The notes: generated by a model not told the origin, from the sequence alone. Counted from the first letter of the stretch, positions 1-15,351 are shown. The stretch: DNA of 64,000 bases from Octopus vulgaris (GCA_951406725.2 OX597822.1:117552001-117616000); one strand, 5' to 3'. Made by a program: numbers and translations.

Positions 1-475
1 TCTCACAGTTATTCGGTTACAATATGATGAATCGCGTTTGCAAGTCTTGTGCAAATTCTTTTTTTTTGTTGTTATTACAAGTGAACTCGTATGGAATTGG
101 CGAATAGTTACTAGAACTCAGCAGCGATTACTTATCATAACAGAACCTTCGTGCATTACTCCAGCGTACTACAAAGAGAAAATGTGTCTTATCTTTTCTA
201 CGATATGAAATCTGAGATACAATATCAGTTCAATGGATGCTTGTTGTTCATGAGAGGATTAATTTTGCTGAAAAGTATACGTGAAAGTGATAAGTGATAC
301 TCCACTCATTAACAAACAAACAAACAAAAATGCTTCTCATTAATATATTACAATATTTATTATTGCCACTATAGGCCTAAATTAAAAATCCTATAATTAA
401 CATTGTGGTTAAAGTGAGTTCGTAGAGATCTGGGGACCTGCTTCAGGAAAAATTAGTCAATAAAGAGGCGCTCGA

Positions 476-610
476 ATTCCGCCTAGGTCGATTTTGCCTT
501 TCATCATTTCTGGGACGATAGAATAAGTACTAGTTGAGTACTGGGTTCATGGAATCGGCTTACCCCCTCCCCCGAAATTGCTGGCCTTGTATAAATATTT
601 GAAATCAAAA
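476..610 (+). mobile_element. SINE fragment (family B, 3' part)
   Basis: Matches body of full copy at 53649-53881 (GAATTCCGCC..GGTCGATTTTGCCTTTCATC..) and tail CCCCTCCCCCGAAATTGCTGGCCTTG similar to 53500-53545. Confidence 0.75.
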
Positions 611-910
611 TTTCAATTTGTACTTAATTAAATAGAAGTCTCTATCACCGGCATATCTGACAATCACGACTTCCTAAGTTCATCATCAATATGGTAGAGG
701 AAGTGAGGGAGAGATAAAATTTCAGCAACAGATGGAAGTAAATGGACCTCCCTTGGTTTCGACGATGAGCATAGATTTCCTCGTTCAGCAAAATTACTTG
801 CTCGATGAATTAGTATGTAAGTGGCTAAGTATACATGAACCTTTTAACGTAATTTTCTAGCAAAGTGATTGTGATACACTATGTGACATAGCTAACTATT
901 TTAAATTATA

Positions 911-1073
911 GGCGTAGGAGTGGCTGCGTGGTAAGTAGCTTGCTTACCAACCACATGGTTCTGGGTTCAGTCCCACTGGGTGGCACCTTGGTTAAGTGTC
1001 TTCTACTATAGCCTCGGGCCGACCAAAGCCTTGTGAGTGGATTTGGTTGGCGGAAACTGAAAGAAGCCCGTCG

Positions 1074-1114
<41 letters not shown>

Positions 1115-1330
1115 ATATGTTTGTGTATCTGTGTTTGTCCACCCCAACGTCGCTTGACAACTGATGGTGGTGTATTTACGTCCCCGTAACTTAGCGGTTC
1201 TGCAAAAGAGACCGATAGAATGAGTACTAGGCTTACAAAGAATAAGTCCTTGGGTCGATTTGCTCAACTAAAGGCGGTGCTCCAGCATGGCCACAGTCAC
1301 ATGACTGAAACAAATAAGAGAGTAAAAGAG
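911..1330 (+). mobile_element. tRNA-derived SINE (family A) with internal (TA)n/(TG)n
   Basis: A-box-like TGGCTGCGTGG, B-box-like GGTTCAGTCCC; many homologous copies in the window. Confidence 0.9.
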
Positions 1331-1565
1331 TCTAGGCGCAATCCATCCAACGGGCATCCTTACAGTTTCTGTCGACCCAATATTATTCATAAGGCTTAGT
1401 TTGACCTCAAGATGCTAACCCTTGTGATCGAAATCGAGATCTCGTGGTTGAGAAGCAAACTCCGTGATCATTTAATCATGCTACATTACAGCAACATATG
1501 TAATCATTACATTGATGTATATGATATACATTACACATACACACACGCACAAACATACACACACA

Positions 1566-1610
<45 letters not shown>

Positions 1611-2289
1611 TAATAAATATATTCATATGCATATGTTTTGCATTACGTATGTATGCATTAATATAATATAACCATTATATTAACTCTCGGTGATGTATTT
1701 TTATTGTTCTTCAGACGCACTCACGACTAATACTTCTATATGACAAAACACATAATTTCTAATCATGATTTATGGGAGAAATTTCAATTTAATTTCAATA
1801 TATTTTCATCAAATAATAACATTTAAAAATCGTTACAAATTCAGTGAAGTAAATGAAATGTTGCAATAAATTGTATGTAGAAGTAAGAATGTCAAAGAGA
1901 GAGAGAGAGAGAGGGGAGAGGGGGGAGAGAGAGAAGGAGGGAGGGAGAGAGAGACCCATTATTTAATTATGAAGTCTAGCAAATTGGAATGAAACAATTT
2001 ATAGTAAGTAGATATAGTCATCAGTACATATACACATGCAACTGTATGTACACGTATTAGCATACACATATATATTGTACGCCGGAGGCACGCATAATCT
2101 ATAGCATTAATACACTTAATGCATGGTGTTCAGGCAAAAGTCAGGGTAATTTACATTATTAATTTAAGATTTTGAAATTTTAATGATAAATAATACATTC
2201 TCACACACGCACACACAGAAACGCACACACACGGAAACACACACGCACACACAGAAACACATACACACACACACACATAAACGTACACA

Positions 2290-2500
2290 CACACACAAGT
2301 ATGTATGTCTGTAACAACAGAGGCGTCACATCCTACGAACAGAATGGGATTGCAGGAGGACAAGCCAAAATGAGCTGCTCAAGTCCAGAGCCAACTTTTC
2401 TTGCCTTCATTCTCAGCAAACCACCTGTGCCCGATGTGCGGCAGAAGCTTCCCAGCTTGCTACAGCCGGACACGCCATGATCCATCTTCTCCCATGTGAT
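2290..2500 (+). mobile_element. Probable RTE-clade LINE 3' remnant
   Basis: GC-richer patch with CPMCGRSF zinc-finger-like half site typical of RTE C-termini; decayed. Confidence 0.4.
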
Positions 2501-2515
2501 GTCCTTTATATTTCT

Positions 2516-3198
2516 ATGTATGTATGTATGTATGTATGTATGTATGTATGTATGTATGTATGTATGTATGTATGTATGTATGTATGTATGTATGTATGTA
2601 TGTATGTATGTATGTATGTATGTATGTATGTATGTATGTATGTATGTATGTATGTATGTATGTATTTATGTATGTATGTATTTATGTATGTATGTATACA
2701 ATGTATGTATGTATACAATGTATGTATGTATTTATGTATGTATGTATGTATGTATGTATTTACGTATGTATGTATTTACGTATGTATGTATTTACGTATG
2801 TATGTATGTATGTATATATGTATTTATGTATGCATACATGTATGTATGTATGTATGTATGCATGTATGTATGTATGTATGTATGTATGTATGTATGTATG
2901 CATGTATGTATGTATGTATGTATTTATGTGTATGTATGTATTTATGTATGTATGTATGTATTTATGTATGTATGTATGTATGTATGTATGTATGTATGTA
3001 TTTATGTATGTATGTATTTATGTATGTATGTATGTATGTATTTATGTATGTGTGTATGTATGCATGTATGTATGCATGCATGCATGCATGCATGCATGCA
3101 TGCATGTATGTATGTATATATTTATGTATGTATGTATGTATGTATTTATGTGTATATGTATGTATTTATGTATGTATTTATGCATGTATGTATGTATG
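2516..3198. repeat. Long (TATG)n microsatellite with variant units
   Basis: Directly visible; explains ORFs 2477-3227. Confidence 0.98.
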
Positions 3199-3990
3199 TT
3201 TTTTTCTTTGATTTAAGTTCTTTCTGAGAGGGTTCAAGGCGGTTGCTAACAAAGCAATAAGACTTTTTGATTTAAGAGAGTTCCTGGTGTTTGTAAATAT
3301 GTGGTCTATCTATCTATCTATCTATCTCTCGATCGATACGTGCATACATATATGAATGGAGAGAAAGAGATGGATGTGTGTATGTGTATGTATGTATGTA
3401 TGTATGTATGTATGTATGTATGTATGTACGTATGTATATGTATGTGTATATGTATGTATGCATATGTGTAAGTATATGTATTTAGCGCTGTCAGGCCAGT
3501 AGTACACGTGTTTCAACTCTGATGCATCCGTGATGCATCTCCCACACAAACAAAGTTTACACCTGTCAAACCTACAAACCATTAACTCGATCTCCTGGTT
3601 AGTTCCATTCATGGAATGCAAGCAGTCGAGATTCAGTATAGAAATTGATAATTCTCACATCACGTCGATTCCATCTAATTCCAGTCTCCTTTGATACCAT
3701 ATAATGCTTCTGGCAAAGAACGATCGAATCTATCTATATACACACATATGTGTATTTACTGGCCTTCTCTTCTAGAAAGGAATAATATTATTTACAGTAC
3801 CAGGTAGGAAACCTCTTAGCCTAGGAGGCATCTACACTCCTGCAAAATATCTGGAAGAACTCAGGAAAAGAGAAATTAGTTTTATGAATCGTATGACCTT
3901 AAAATCTCACTACTTCCTAATTGCAGTCGAACCCTATTATCTCTTACCTCCCTAAGATGTCATGCTACTTAACATAAACATATTGATAAA

Positions 3991-4049
<59 letters not shown>

Positions 4050-4269
4050 GTAATAGGGAATATAATTCCAAAACTTACAGGGAAAAATTCAATTTAACAA
4101 TTTTATATCAAATTTCACAATATATAATATATGTATATAATTTAGAGAAAACCCACTATTAAACTATTCAATAAAGAAAGATCTTATTCACACCATATCG
4201 AAAACATATACCATAAAAAAACCTTATTTTAAATCAATAACATACGATAAATAATAAATAGTAGTTAAC

Positions 4270-4389
4270 AAACTACGCACGTTTCATGGCTATATTTTCA
4301 AATAGATTATAATAATAAAATCAATTCGATTCAAAATTAAATCGAACTAAAATTAATTCTATTTAAAAATATAGTCACTCATCAGGTCT
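4270..4389 (-). ncRNA. Type I hammerhead ribozyme motif (Penelope-like repeat)
   Basis: Minus strand: AGAC-CTGATGA-long AT-rich stem II (GTGACTATATTTT../..AAAATATAGCCAT)-GAAA-CGTGCG-TA-GTTT. Confidence 0.75.
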
Positions 4390-5384
4390 AAGATAATAAA
4401 CAATTAGAAATAATTATAGAATAAATGTACTTATCTTAACTTATACTAGTTATCAAATAAATATATTAAAGAAAATACGTGTATTAACTATAAATAATCG
4501 AAAAGCATTTAACAATATTTCTTAAAATAAAAATATATCTTATTTTGTCGAAGGATTTTCGTTAACGAGAGACATTAATGTCCAGGGGTTGATGAGGATG
4601 ACTCAAGTAAGCCAAAGTGGGATTTGAACTTAAAACGCAAACTCAAAGACGGGAACAAATATCGCAAAAAATCTGGTCCGACATTATAATTTTGTCCTGT
4701 CAATCCACGGCCCTGAATTGGTATTGTTTTAGTGACCCTGAAATCTTTCAGCAAGATTTGAACTTAGTTCTGAGAGCGACGGAACATTCCATCAATTACA
4801 GCAAAACATTCTATTCTACCAATCGTATAGTCTTGAAATTTTATTAACGTCTCATTCTTTTTTATGAAACCTCCATTGCACCCCTACAGTCTCATATTCT
4901 TTTATACACTTTTTTTTTGTTTATAAATTTTTCTTAAGTGTCACCTCTAACACTATCTGGAGCACCAAAAATACACATGTTTCCTTTCTGAGCGTATATT
5001 TTTTTACGAAAAAATATAATTTGCATAACTTTCTTGATACAAATTCTTAATTTGAATACAAATAAAAAATAGCGCCTTATTTGAATAATATGGCGGTATT
5101 ATTTAAAACTGAGCGGATATCAAATATGTTATAAAACACGTTGACTGCTGTTTTTCTCAAATAGACTGTGAAAGGTTTGTTTCACATTTTAGTCAAGAGG
5201 GAATGAGCCTTTTCAGAGCTTCAGCGAATCATTACCACAGAGTGAACTCCACCAAAGGCTCCCAAGAACCAGGCAGTGAAACAATAACAATGCCGCTCAA
5301 GTGTGGCCTAGGAGTTGAGCAGATATCAAATATGTTATAAAATGAGAGAGAAATAGAGAGACTTATAAAGAAAGAAAAAGAACC

Positions 5385-5712
5385 TTTTATCTTAGTCATT
5401 AGACTGCGGCCATGCTGGAGCACCACCTTGAAGCACAACCTCAGTACTTCTTTTTAAAGCCTGGTACTTATTCTATCGATAGCCTTTGCCGAACCGCTAA
5501 GTTACGGGGACGTTCACACACCAACACTGGTTGTCAAGTGGTGGAGGAGGGACAAACAGACATTATATATATACATACACGAAGGGCTTCTTTCGGTTAC
5601 CGTCTACCAAATCCGCTCACAAGGCTTTGATCGGCCCGAAACTATAGTAGAAGACACTTGCCCATCGTGCCACTCACTGGAATTGAACCCGGAACCGCGT
5701 GGCTTGGAAGTT
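5385..5712 (-). mobile_element. SINE family A
   Basis: Reverse-complement homology to 911-1330. Confidence 0.85.
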
Positions 5713-5972
5713 GAAATTAATTTCTTAGTTGTGTATAATTTACCTTCAAATTTTCTCACCATGTTTTATCTGTTAAAGTCCCATTGGAAGCAATTTCTTG
5801 CTTATTTCTGATATCTAATAAAGTATATATAATTATTTAGATGAGACAAGGTTTGAAATATGGATGGCATTCACCCCTGGCTTTGGTTAGTTATAACACA
5901 GGTTCCTAGCCTTGTATGAATGGTAAACTTAATGCAAAAGTCGTTGAAAGACTCATATATGGATTCAAAAAA

Positions 5973-6431
5973 TGTGTGGAGATAATATCGACCCATCAGG
6001 AATAAGGGTGGAATTCAAAGAATTGCCACCAGTGGTGGATTTAATAGATATCGAACCACTAATGAAATATCACTAAAAAATAAATATGTCAAAGCGACAG
6101 GAAAAAAGAAAAGAAAAAGGAGGAAAAAAAGAGTAAATGTTTTATGTTATGTTTAATAATATCGGAAAATAGAACATTTTTAGAGAACGTATATAACGGT
6201 TCAAATAATTGTAATGGTAGACGATAATTAATTGTTAGTTAAAAACATGATAAAAACGGACAGTTTAAAAAGATTAATGGTAATACATGTGATGAGGGGC
6301 ACATGCAGCCATTCACAACCCCATTGTTGTATAATCATCTCATCATATTCGTATTGTCCCCTCTGTGGTGTCCTGTCTGCCCTTGTTTGTCCCCCCCCTA
6401 TGTTTGGACCCTTGTGGCTAATAAAGAAACT
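5973..6431 (+). mobile_element. 5'-truncated non-LTR (Tx1/L1-type) 3' UTR insertion
   Basis: Ends CCCTTGTGGCTAATAAAGAAA like the LINE end at 12616-12638; flanked by decayed ~26-bp direct repeat (GAAAGACTCATATATGGATTCAAAAA / GAAAGGCTCATATATATGGTTGAAAAA). Confidence 0.6.
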
Positions 6432-7800
6432 GAAAGGCTCATATATATGGTTGAAAAACATTATATAGTTTAAAGATACCACATTATGTAATCCTTTCGT
6501 TCACCTCTATAATCTTTACATAAATTCAATGAAAAGCTGGTCGCTGAAGACAATACCTGAGAATATGTAGTTGATAATGGATAGATACATTTCATATACG
6601 ACAAATATAGAGTGTAAGTACTTCTTGGTTCCGAGATCAAATTGTGCCAGAAATTTCGACTGTCCGAAGTCATATGAGAGACCAGTAATATAGCGATCTC
6701 GATACATTTGACTAAAGATGTTTGGCATTATGCCCGGATGGAAAATCAATATTTCATACATTTTTATGGTACTTCTCTACAGCAATAACTATCCCATTAA
6801 ATATATCAGAATGGCTGGCAACGTGGCAGATATAAGCATTTTTATTGCAAGAAATGCAAGTAAAAAGATAGTTTCTAAAATTCTGTATTCTTTTTATCTT
6901 TCTTGAGGCCAGTGATGAATTTATGACTTGAAATCTTCTTTCATTTGGTGCACCAATATACTTTCATTCTTAGCAGAGTGATCACATTTCTTCCCACTAC
7001 TTTTAAGATTCTTTTAACACACTTTGTTTTTCTCTTTTTATATGCGATGTTATTTCTTTTTTATGAGACAAAGATGGAACAATCAAGTCGTATACACAAC
7101 ATAAAAGCCGACACGAACCATAATTTATTCCCCAGAATATCCTCCTGGAAATTATTCTGACAAACATATTAACACACATTTACAATAGATAGATATTCAT
7201 ATTGTTTTCTTCTTGCTTTGTTTTTCAAATAAAGTTAATAGAGGAAAAAGATTAGAAGTTATCGTTAAAATATATCAAAAGTAAATGGCGGCAATTCCTG
7301 AAAGAATATGTTAGTCATAAATAGCAATTAAAATGAATAATTTTAATAAGACGGCTTACTGACAAATCATATAAACACGATTGCCTGCTAACAAGCTACA
7401 CAATATATAACCTACAATCACTTATAGATCTGTTAATAAACAATTACAAATCTAAATCAATGTTCTAAGGGGGAGATCTAAGTTTCACTTTAGGTCTGAC
7501 TGCATTCCAAGGGCCTTCTTTTTCTTGTTGGTTCTTGTCGTTTTTATAGGAATATTATAAAGCAAGTATAAACTTAGATATGTTTCGGCCAAAATTCGCC
7601 CAGGGAATGTCTAACCTAAAAGCAACACTTGACAGAATCTTATAAGCCGAGTTTTATGGTATCTTAGACCTTGAAGTATTGAGTTGTTTTTGACTGAGAT
7701 GAATCCAGGCATAAGTCGTTCGTATGGCATCCTGCGAAGATATTTATTCAGATATCTTTTGAAGGTGCAGTCGTAGCTGTGTGGTAAGAAGCTTGCTTCC

Positions 7801-9777
7801 GGTTGAACTGTGAAGACGTCTAGCTTTGAGCTCCGTCCTACAAAGAAAAAAGAACAAAAACAGTGTTCTTCACGCACCTGTTGAAGTCGTCACGCTGATA
7901 TGCAGCTGGCGAAAGTTGAACTGAAAGACGCTGTAAAGTAAGACTCTTTGCTTTTTGAGTCCAGTAGGATTTCTTGCCTGTTGGTTTTATTTTTTTGAAC
8001 AGGCAGGGAGTCCTTACTGGATTCGAAGCTTTTTGTCTGCCTTGCGGCGGAGACGTGTGTGTTGTCTCACATAATTGTGAGAAATTGTATTTGAAAATTT
8101 TTGTGCCCACGTGGATTAAAAGGATTGGCCAGGAGTACCTTTCGGCCGAAAATTTATTTCTTTGTCTGGATTTGAACTCTCTTTTCACAGCTATCATTTA
8201 TTTGAAAAAAAGAAAGAACTTTATTTGAACTGTTATTTTTATTTTTTCTTCCCTTCCGTTGTGTCTTCTTTCTTTTATTGTGTATCTTTCTTTATTTGAA
8301 AACGTATTGATGAACTGTATTTGAACTTTTTATTAAAAAAAAAATGGCAAAGGAAATATTAGTGTGGGAATTAACACCTCCCAAACCATGGCTAAAAGAG
8401 CTCGAAAGGAAGATGGTGGTGTTGAGGACTTATTCAAAGTCGCTCGATACCATAACCGTCTTCCCGAAAGCCACAATTTTGAAAGAGCTGGCAGAGAACA
8501 TGCCAGCTATTAAATTTATTTCACGGGGAGTCAAATTTGCAACGGTCTGGTTGCTATTTGAATCCCCCAAAGAAGCTTGAGGGAAGGAAATAATATTTCT
8601 TCCCAGTTATTGTGGAAAGAAGTTAACGAGAGCTTGGGTTTGCGGCTTGCCACGCGGAATTGAGCCCGAGTGGATAGAGGACTCTTTCCGCCGGGGTTTG
8701 GGTGGTAACAGTACCAAGCTGCTCAACGTAAAAATTTTGCCTGCGGCTGATTGGGAGGAGTTAAAAGCTGTGTTGACCCTATGGACCCAATCAGCCGAAA
8801 GTCTGGTTTTCCCAGATTTTTTGAGGATGGCCGGGTCTAGGTATCCGGTGATGCTCGAGGGACGCCCCCCCTCAAGTGTCATCTGAGTCTGGAGACCGGC
8901 CACATCAAGAAAAACCGCTCCAAGGACCAAAATAGGATACTGGAGCAGTTAATAGAGGAACCACTCCCTGCTCCCTCAATGGAGGGAGAGAAGGAGGAGG
9001 ATGTCGAGGAGGTGGAAACCTCCTCGAAAACAAAAAAGCGAAAGGTGGGTTGCCCACCGAAGAACCCGAGAGCTGCGGGAGAAAAAGAGGACCTGCTGGA
9101 CACAGCAAGGGAACACCACCCTCCCGCGGCCCAAGGGAAAAAGAAAAGAAAAAAGAAAAACGGGACATTGCCAGCGGGTTGTGACACGCTGCCGGCGTGT
9201 CCCGATTCTCCTTTGGCGGGTGTGCTGCTGGAGGAGGAATTTTTGGTCCTCATCCACAAGGGAGGAACCTTGCAAAATGAAATCCAAAAAATTGAAAGGA
9301 AGTGCCGGTGGGAGGACCCTGAGTGGCCTTCGCAGGTGGCTGCGGAGGTCATATGGGAGAACGATCTGTGCAGGATAACGGACTCCTTCCCGAAGGACTC
9401 CTTCAGACTTATGTTGAAACCTTTAAGTTCGGAACGGACCAGGTGCTTCGATGAAGCGAGGAGCCTGGCCGGGCGGAAAGATTGAAGAGGTGTATTACCT
9501 CAAAAAGAGACTAAAAATGTAAAAAGTGAGAGGATTATTACCTCGTGTTTGTGTTTTATTTTTAATTTTGAACTGTGTAAGAGGTTTATTGCCTCATTGT
9601 GTTTTAAAAAAAACAGAAAAAAAGAACAATATTTTAGAGAAGCGAATGTCGGCGGGCGCTTTTCGTCTTCTCCCATCCTTATCATCCTTGTATCATCATC
9701 ATTCATCCCATTAATGTTTCTGTCTAGCCCTCAAGCTTCTCTCTGTGTGCTGCCCTTGTGGAAAATTTAATGAAATA
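7801..9777 (+). mobile_element. ORF1-only (HAL1-like) non-autonomous Tx1/L1-type retroposon
   Basis: 15-bp TSD AAGAAGCTTGCTTCC (7786-7800) / AAGAAGCTTGCTTTCC (9778-9793); 5' UTR, one disrupted ORF, 3' UTR with AATAAA; no EN/RT motifs seen. Confidence 0.75.
8344..9485 (+). pseudogene. Disrupted gag-like ORF1 (RRM-like region, degenerate CCHC knuckle, K/E-rich tail)
   Basis: RGVKFATV..FLPSYCGKKLTRAWVCGLP; EGRPP then frameshifted KCHLSLETGHIKKNR; stop at 8578-8580. Confidence 0.7.
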
Positions 9778-9917
9778 AAGAAGCTTGCTTTCCAACCACA
9801 TGGTTCCGGGTTCATTTCCACTGCATGTCACCTTGAGCAAGTGTCTTTTACTAATGCCTTGGGCCAACCAAAGCTTTGTGAGTGGATTTGGTAGACGGAA
9901 CCTGAAAGTAGCCCGTC

Positions 9918-9952
<35 letters not shown>

Positions 9953-11182
9953 TGTTTTTGTGGGTGTGTCTTTGTGTCTGTGTTTGTCCCCACACCATCG
10001 CTTGACAACCGATGCTTGTACGTTTATTTCCCTCGTAACTTAGCGGTTCGGCAAAAGACACCAGTAGAATAAGTACTAGGCTTACAAAGAATAAGTCCTT
10101 GGATCGATTTCTTAGACTAAAATTCTTCAAGGCGGTGCTCCAGCATGGCCGTATTCAAATGACTGAAACAAGTAAAAGAATAAAGGTTAGGGGATCTTTT
10201 TCTTTGATTTAAAAAAATCATGTTGAATAGAGCAGGACCTGTTGAAGAAAAGTGAGTTGCAATGCGGTTATGTGTAGTGAGCATTCTACAGGTAGCATAT
10301 GGAAAGGGGTCCCAGGGTTGAACGAATTGCAAACTTGATGTTAAAGTCGTTGAAAGACCTATATATATTACTGAAAGACGAATCATATAATCTTTTGTTC
10401 CATTTAACTAGTACTCTGCTCCATAAATTCATCGCTATAATCCTTACATAAATATAATGATAAACTGGATACTGAAGAGAAAACTTGAGAATAGGTAGTT
10501 GATTTATGCTCAACCAGACTAACTGATAGAGATTAACTGAAGATTTGTCCTAAAGGTAAAATTTACGAAATGTTTAAGGTTACATAAAGTTATTTTTTAC
10601 TATATGATGTTCCTATTAAACAGCAGGACAAAGCTGAAAAGTCCGAGACTATGGAATGCAGAAAGAACTCTACTGAAACTGTCGTAGGTCATTTATTAAT
10701 CAGCTTGTTAACAGGCTATCATCTTTACACGATGTGTCAATAAGCCTTATTTTATATTTAATTCACTTTAATTACTTTTTATGACTAATATATTTTCAGG
10801 GCTAGCTGCCATTTACTTTTGATAGATTTTTAATGATGACTTTTAATCTTCTTCCTCAAATAACTTAATTTGAAAAACAAATCAAAAAGAAGACAATCTA
10901 TTTTAAATGCGTGTTGATATATTTGTAAGAATGATTTCCAGGAAAATAAATTATAGTTTGTGTTGGCTTTTATGTTGTATATAACTACTTGATTATTCCA
11001 TCCTTGTCACAAAAAGAGAAAGAAAGGAACTGAAATCATCGATTCATTCGAAAATGGCATATTACAGGGAGAACTATGGAAGGATTATCTTTCATTCTAC
11101 GGTATTTTCTACTATATAATCAATTTAGAATATATTTTTATAAAAGCAAAGAAAACAACACAAAACTCAAAGACATGAGATC

Positions 11183-12638
<1,456 letters not shown>

Positions 12639-12639
12639 C

Positions 12640-12783
<144 letters not shown>

Positions 12784-14496
12784 ATATATGTCTATGCATG
12801 TATGTTTATCTGCATGCCTTATTAATACACACAAACTCATATATCCAAGATACATGTACTACTAACGGCACTCGAACAACAACAAATCTGCTTAATGAAA
12901 AGTCGACTTGAAGCTGATCAGCGTCCATAACATCAAGCATCAACCGAAGAAATTACACACCCAGGCATTTATGCTTCTCTCACCCAGAAATACCAGCAAA
13001 AGGGAGACTCTAACGTACATAATATATTATTGGTAGTAAATCAAAACTAAACTACGTATGCATCTAAAAAACGTGATCCCATTAATACACTAATATGTTG
13101 AGGTATGAATAAATATGCATACGTAATCATATTCACGTTTACTAATCATACATTTGATCATCTTGTAGGACTAAGTCACGTGGTTAAACCAAAGTGATTC
13201 GGAAATTTGCAATAAAGATGAAATTGACTAGTTTTGTCTTAAGATTCGTCAGGGATCGTTTATCTCTGTCTCACAAGCTGCCCAAAATAGTTAGCGGAGA
13301 GCTACTTTAAAAAGTGTAAAGATTGTATTTGGGCATAAATACAGTTGATGATGGAACCTATCTGGCTGAAGTGGAAGTACTTGCGGTGATAGCAAGATTC
13401 CATCCATTGACTGAGCTGGCTTTATGCCTATTCAAAATAGATATTTAGTAAATAACGACTTAGCTTATTTGATTCAGCTTCCTAAATGGATTGCCAAGCA
13501 TTTACAGTTGAAGTCTCTTTGCATACTAAAATAAGAAAGTGATTTATAAGTTTTCATTATCTATTTCCCGATAAAAATATAAAATGTTGGATTCCGTTCA
13601 TAAAGAAACAATAGCGATCATTTTTAGAAACTTATCCGAAACATTCGCTGACGTATGTCAAATACTGGCAGGTATTTGGATGTAAATAGAATAACATTTG
13701 GTTTTGTTCCATAGATATTTCTTCCTTAATCAATATAGATTGATAAATAGAGCACAAATATGTCAAAGGTCATCCACAGTTATCATTCATTGACAATGGT
13801 ATTTCGTTCATTTGTAATGAGAATCCAAGTAGGATGATTTCTTCAAGTATCTGCTAATAGTGATTAGTTAACTAGATTTGCTATTAATGAAATATTCCAG
13901 GGAAAAAAAAAACATTGCAACAAACAACAATCTCAGTAATCTCAATTGATGTGTGACGTCATTGATTGAAGTACCAGCATCACCAATTTTAACTTGACGT
14001 AGAGTTTTATAAGAAATCTCACAATAAAGAATTTTTGGACAGTTGAATGATTATAATTAATCTCCTGTGACATTCTATGAAAGTCTAAGGAGGTTAACTA
14101 TTATCTTTTTTGCTCGGAGGTAAAAGAGGTTCTGCTTTATCATTAATTAATCAGAAGTGGAAATTAACAAAACATTAGAGTCATGCCGGTTATCTTCTTA
14201 GACTGGTAAAAACAGTAAAGCTAAGCTATACAGCAGGACGACATGAAGACGGAAAACGTAGGCGGAAGCGAAATTGAAGAGCGCTCTGGTTTTGGCGGGA
14301 AGAATTTAGAAGAGTGGTTTGTGAAGGATCTCTAGAGATGTCTGACACTTTGACATTATAAGTGGAGGAAAGACAGGCATATCAAGTAGGCAGAAATGGA
14401 ATTTGTAGGCAACATGTTAGTTTAGAGAAGGAAGAGGTGAATTTAACAGCGATAACGGAGGGAGAGAAATGAAAAAGAGTCTGTTGCTGCAAATGG

Positions 14497-14879
14497 ATGG
14501 AAGCACTCCGTCGGTTCCGACGAGGAGGGTTCCGGTTGATCCGATCAACGGAACAGCCTGCTCGTGAAATTAACGTATAAGTGGTCGAGCACTCCACAGA
14601 CACGTGTACCCTTAACGTAGTTCTCGGGGATATTCAGCGTGACACAGAGAGTGACAAGGCCGGCGCTTTGAAATACAGGTACAACAGAAACAGGAAGTAA
14701 GAGTGATAGAAAGTTGTGGTGAAAGAGTACAGCAGGGATCACCACCATCCCCTGCCGGAGCCTCGTGGAGCTTTAGGTGTTTTCGCTCAATAAACACTCA
14801 TAACGCCCGGTCTGGGAATCGAAACCGCGATCCTATGACCGCGAGTCCGCTGCCCTAACCACTGGGCCATTGCGCCTCC
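14497..14879 (-). mobile_element. tRNA-derived SINE (family C), full length
   Basis: Head GGAGGCGCAATGGCCCAGTGG..GTTTCGATTCCC; 15-bp TSD TGTTGCTGCAAATGG (14482-14496/14880-14894). Confidence 0.92.
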
Positions 14880-15351
14880 TGTTGCTGCAAATGGTTGTAG
14901 CATGTTTGCGAATGAGTCTTCGATAATCAACCGAATGAGATTTTTTCTTAGATGCTGTCTGGCGATATTTATGTGTGTAGTGGCCTCTGTACGATATATG
15001 TTGGAGATAAAGAAAGAGCTTTATCCTCTAAGAGAATAGCCATGGTGGGACACCACCATGAAAGGTTTAGTCGAACAAATCGACCCTAGCACTTATTCTA
15101 TCTGTCTCTTCTGCCTATCCACTATGTTACCGGTAAGTAAACAAACCAGCACCGGCTGTCAAGCGATGGTGGAGATACACAAAGATTTATACACACACTT
15201 ATCACATTTATATACACTCGATATATATATATATATATACCGGAGTAAGCACATAAATGTGAAACAAGGTGGAAAAAAGTACTCAAATACAAAACTGCCC
15301 GACGAACTCTGAGTAACAGCTTTTGTTATATTTCTGCTGATTTTAAATAAA

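Larger units (their letters stand above)
7764..10180 (+). mobile_element. SINE family A split by a nested 2-kb insertion (head 7764-7800, rest 9778-10180)
   Basis: Head GGTGCAGTCGTAGCTGTGTGGTAAGAAGCTTGCTTCC resumes at 9778 with ..CAACCACATGGTTCCGGG. Confidence 0.9.

Noticed and set aside
2477-3227. Long ORFs (MYVC)n and similar YI/VC/TH-rich ORFs throughout
   Set aside because: Translations of microsatellites lacking stop codons.
14800-14879. tRNA-like sequences at SINE heads
   Set aside because: They continue into SINE bodies with TSDs and lack a complete cloverleaf, so they are not tRNA genes.
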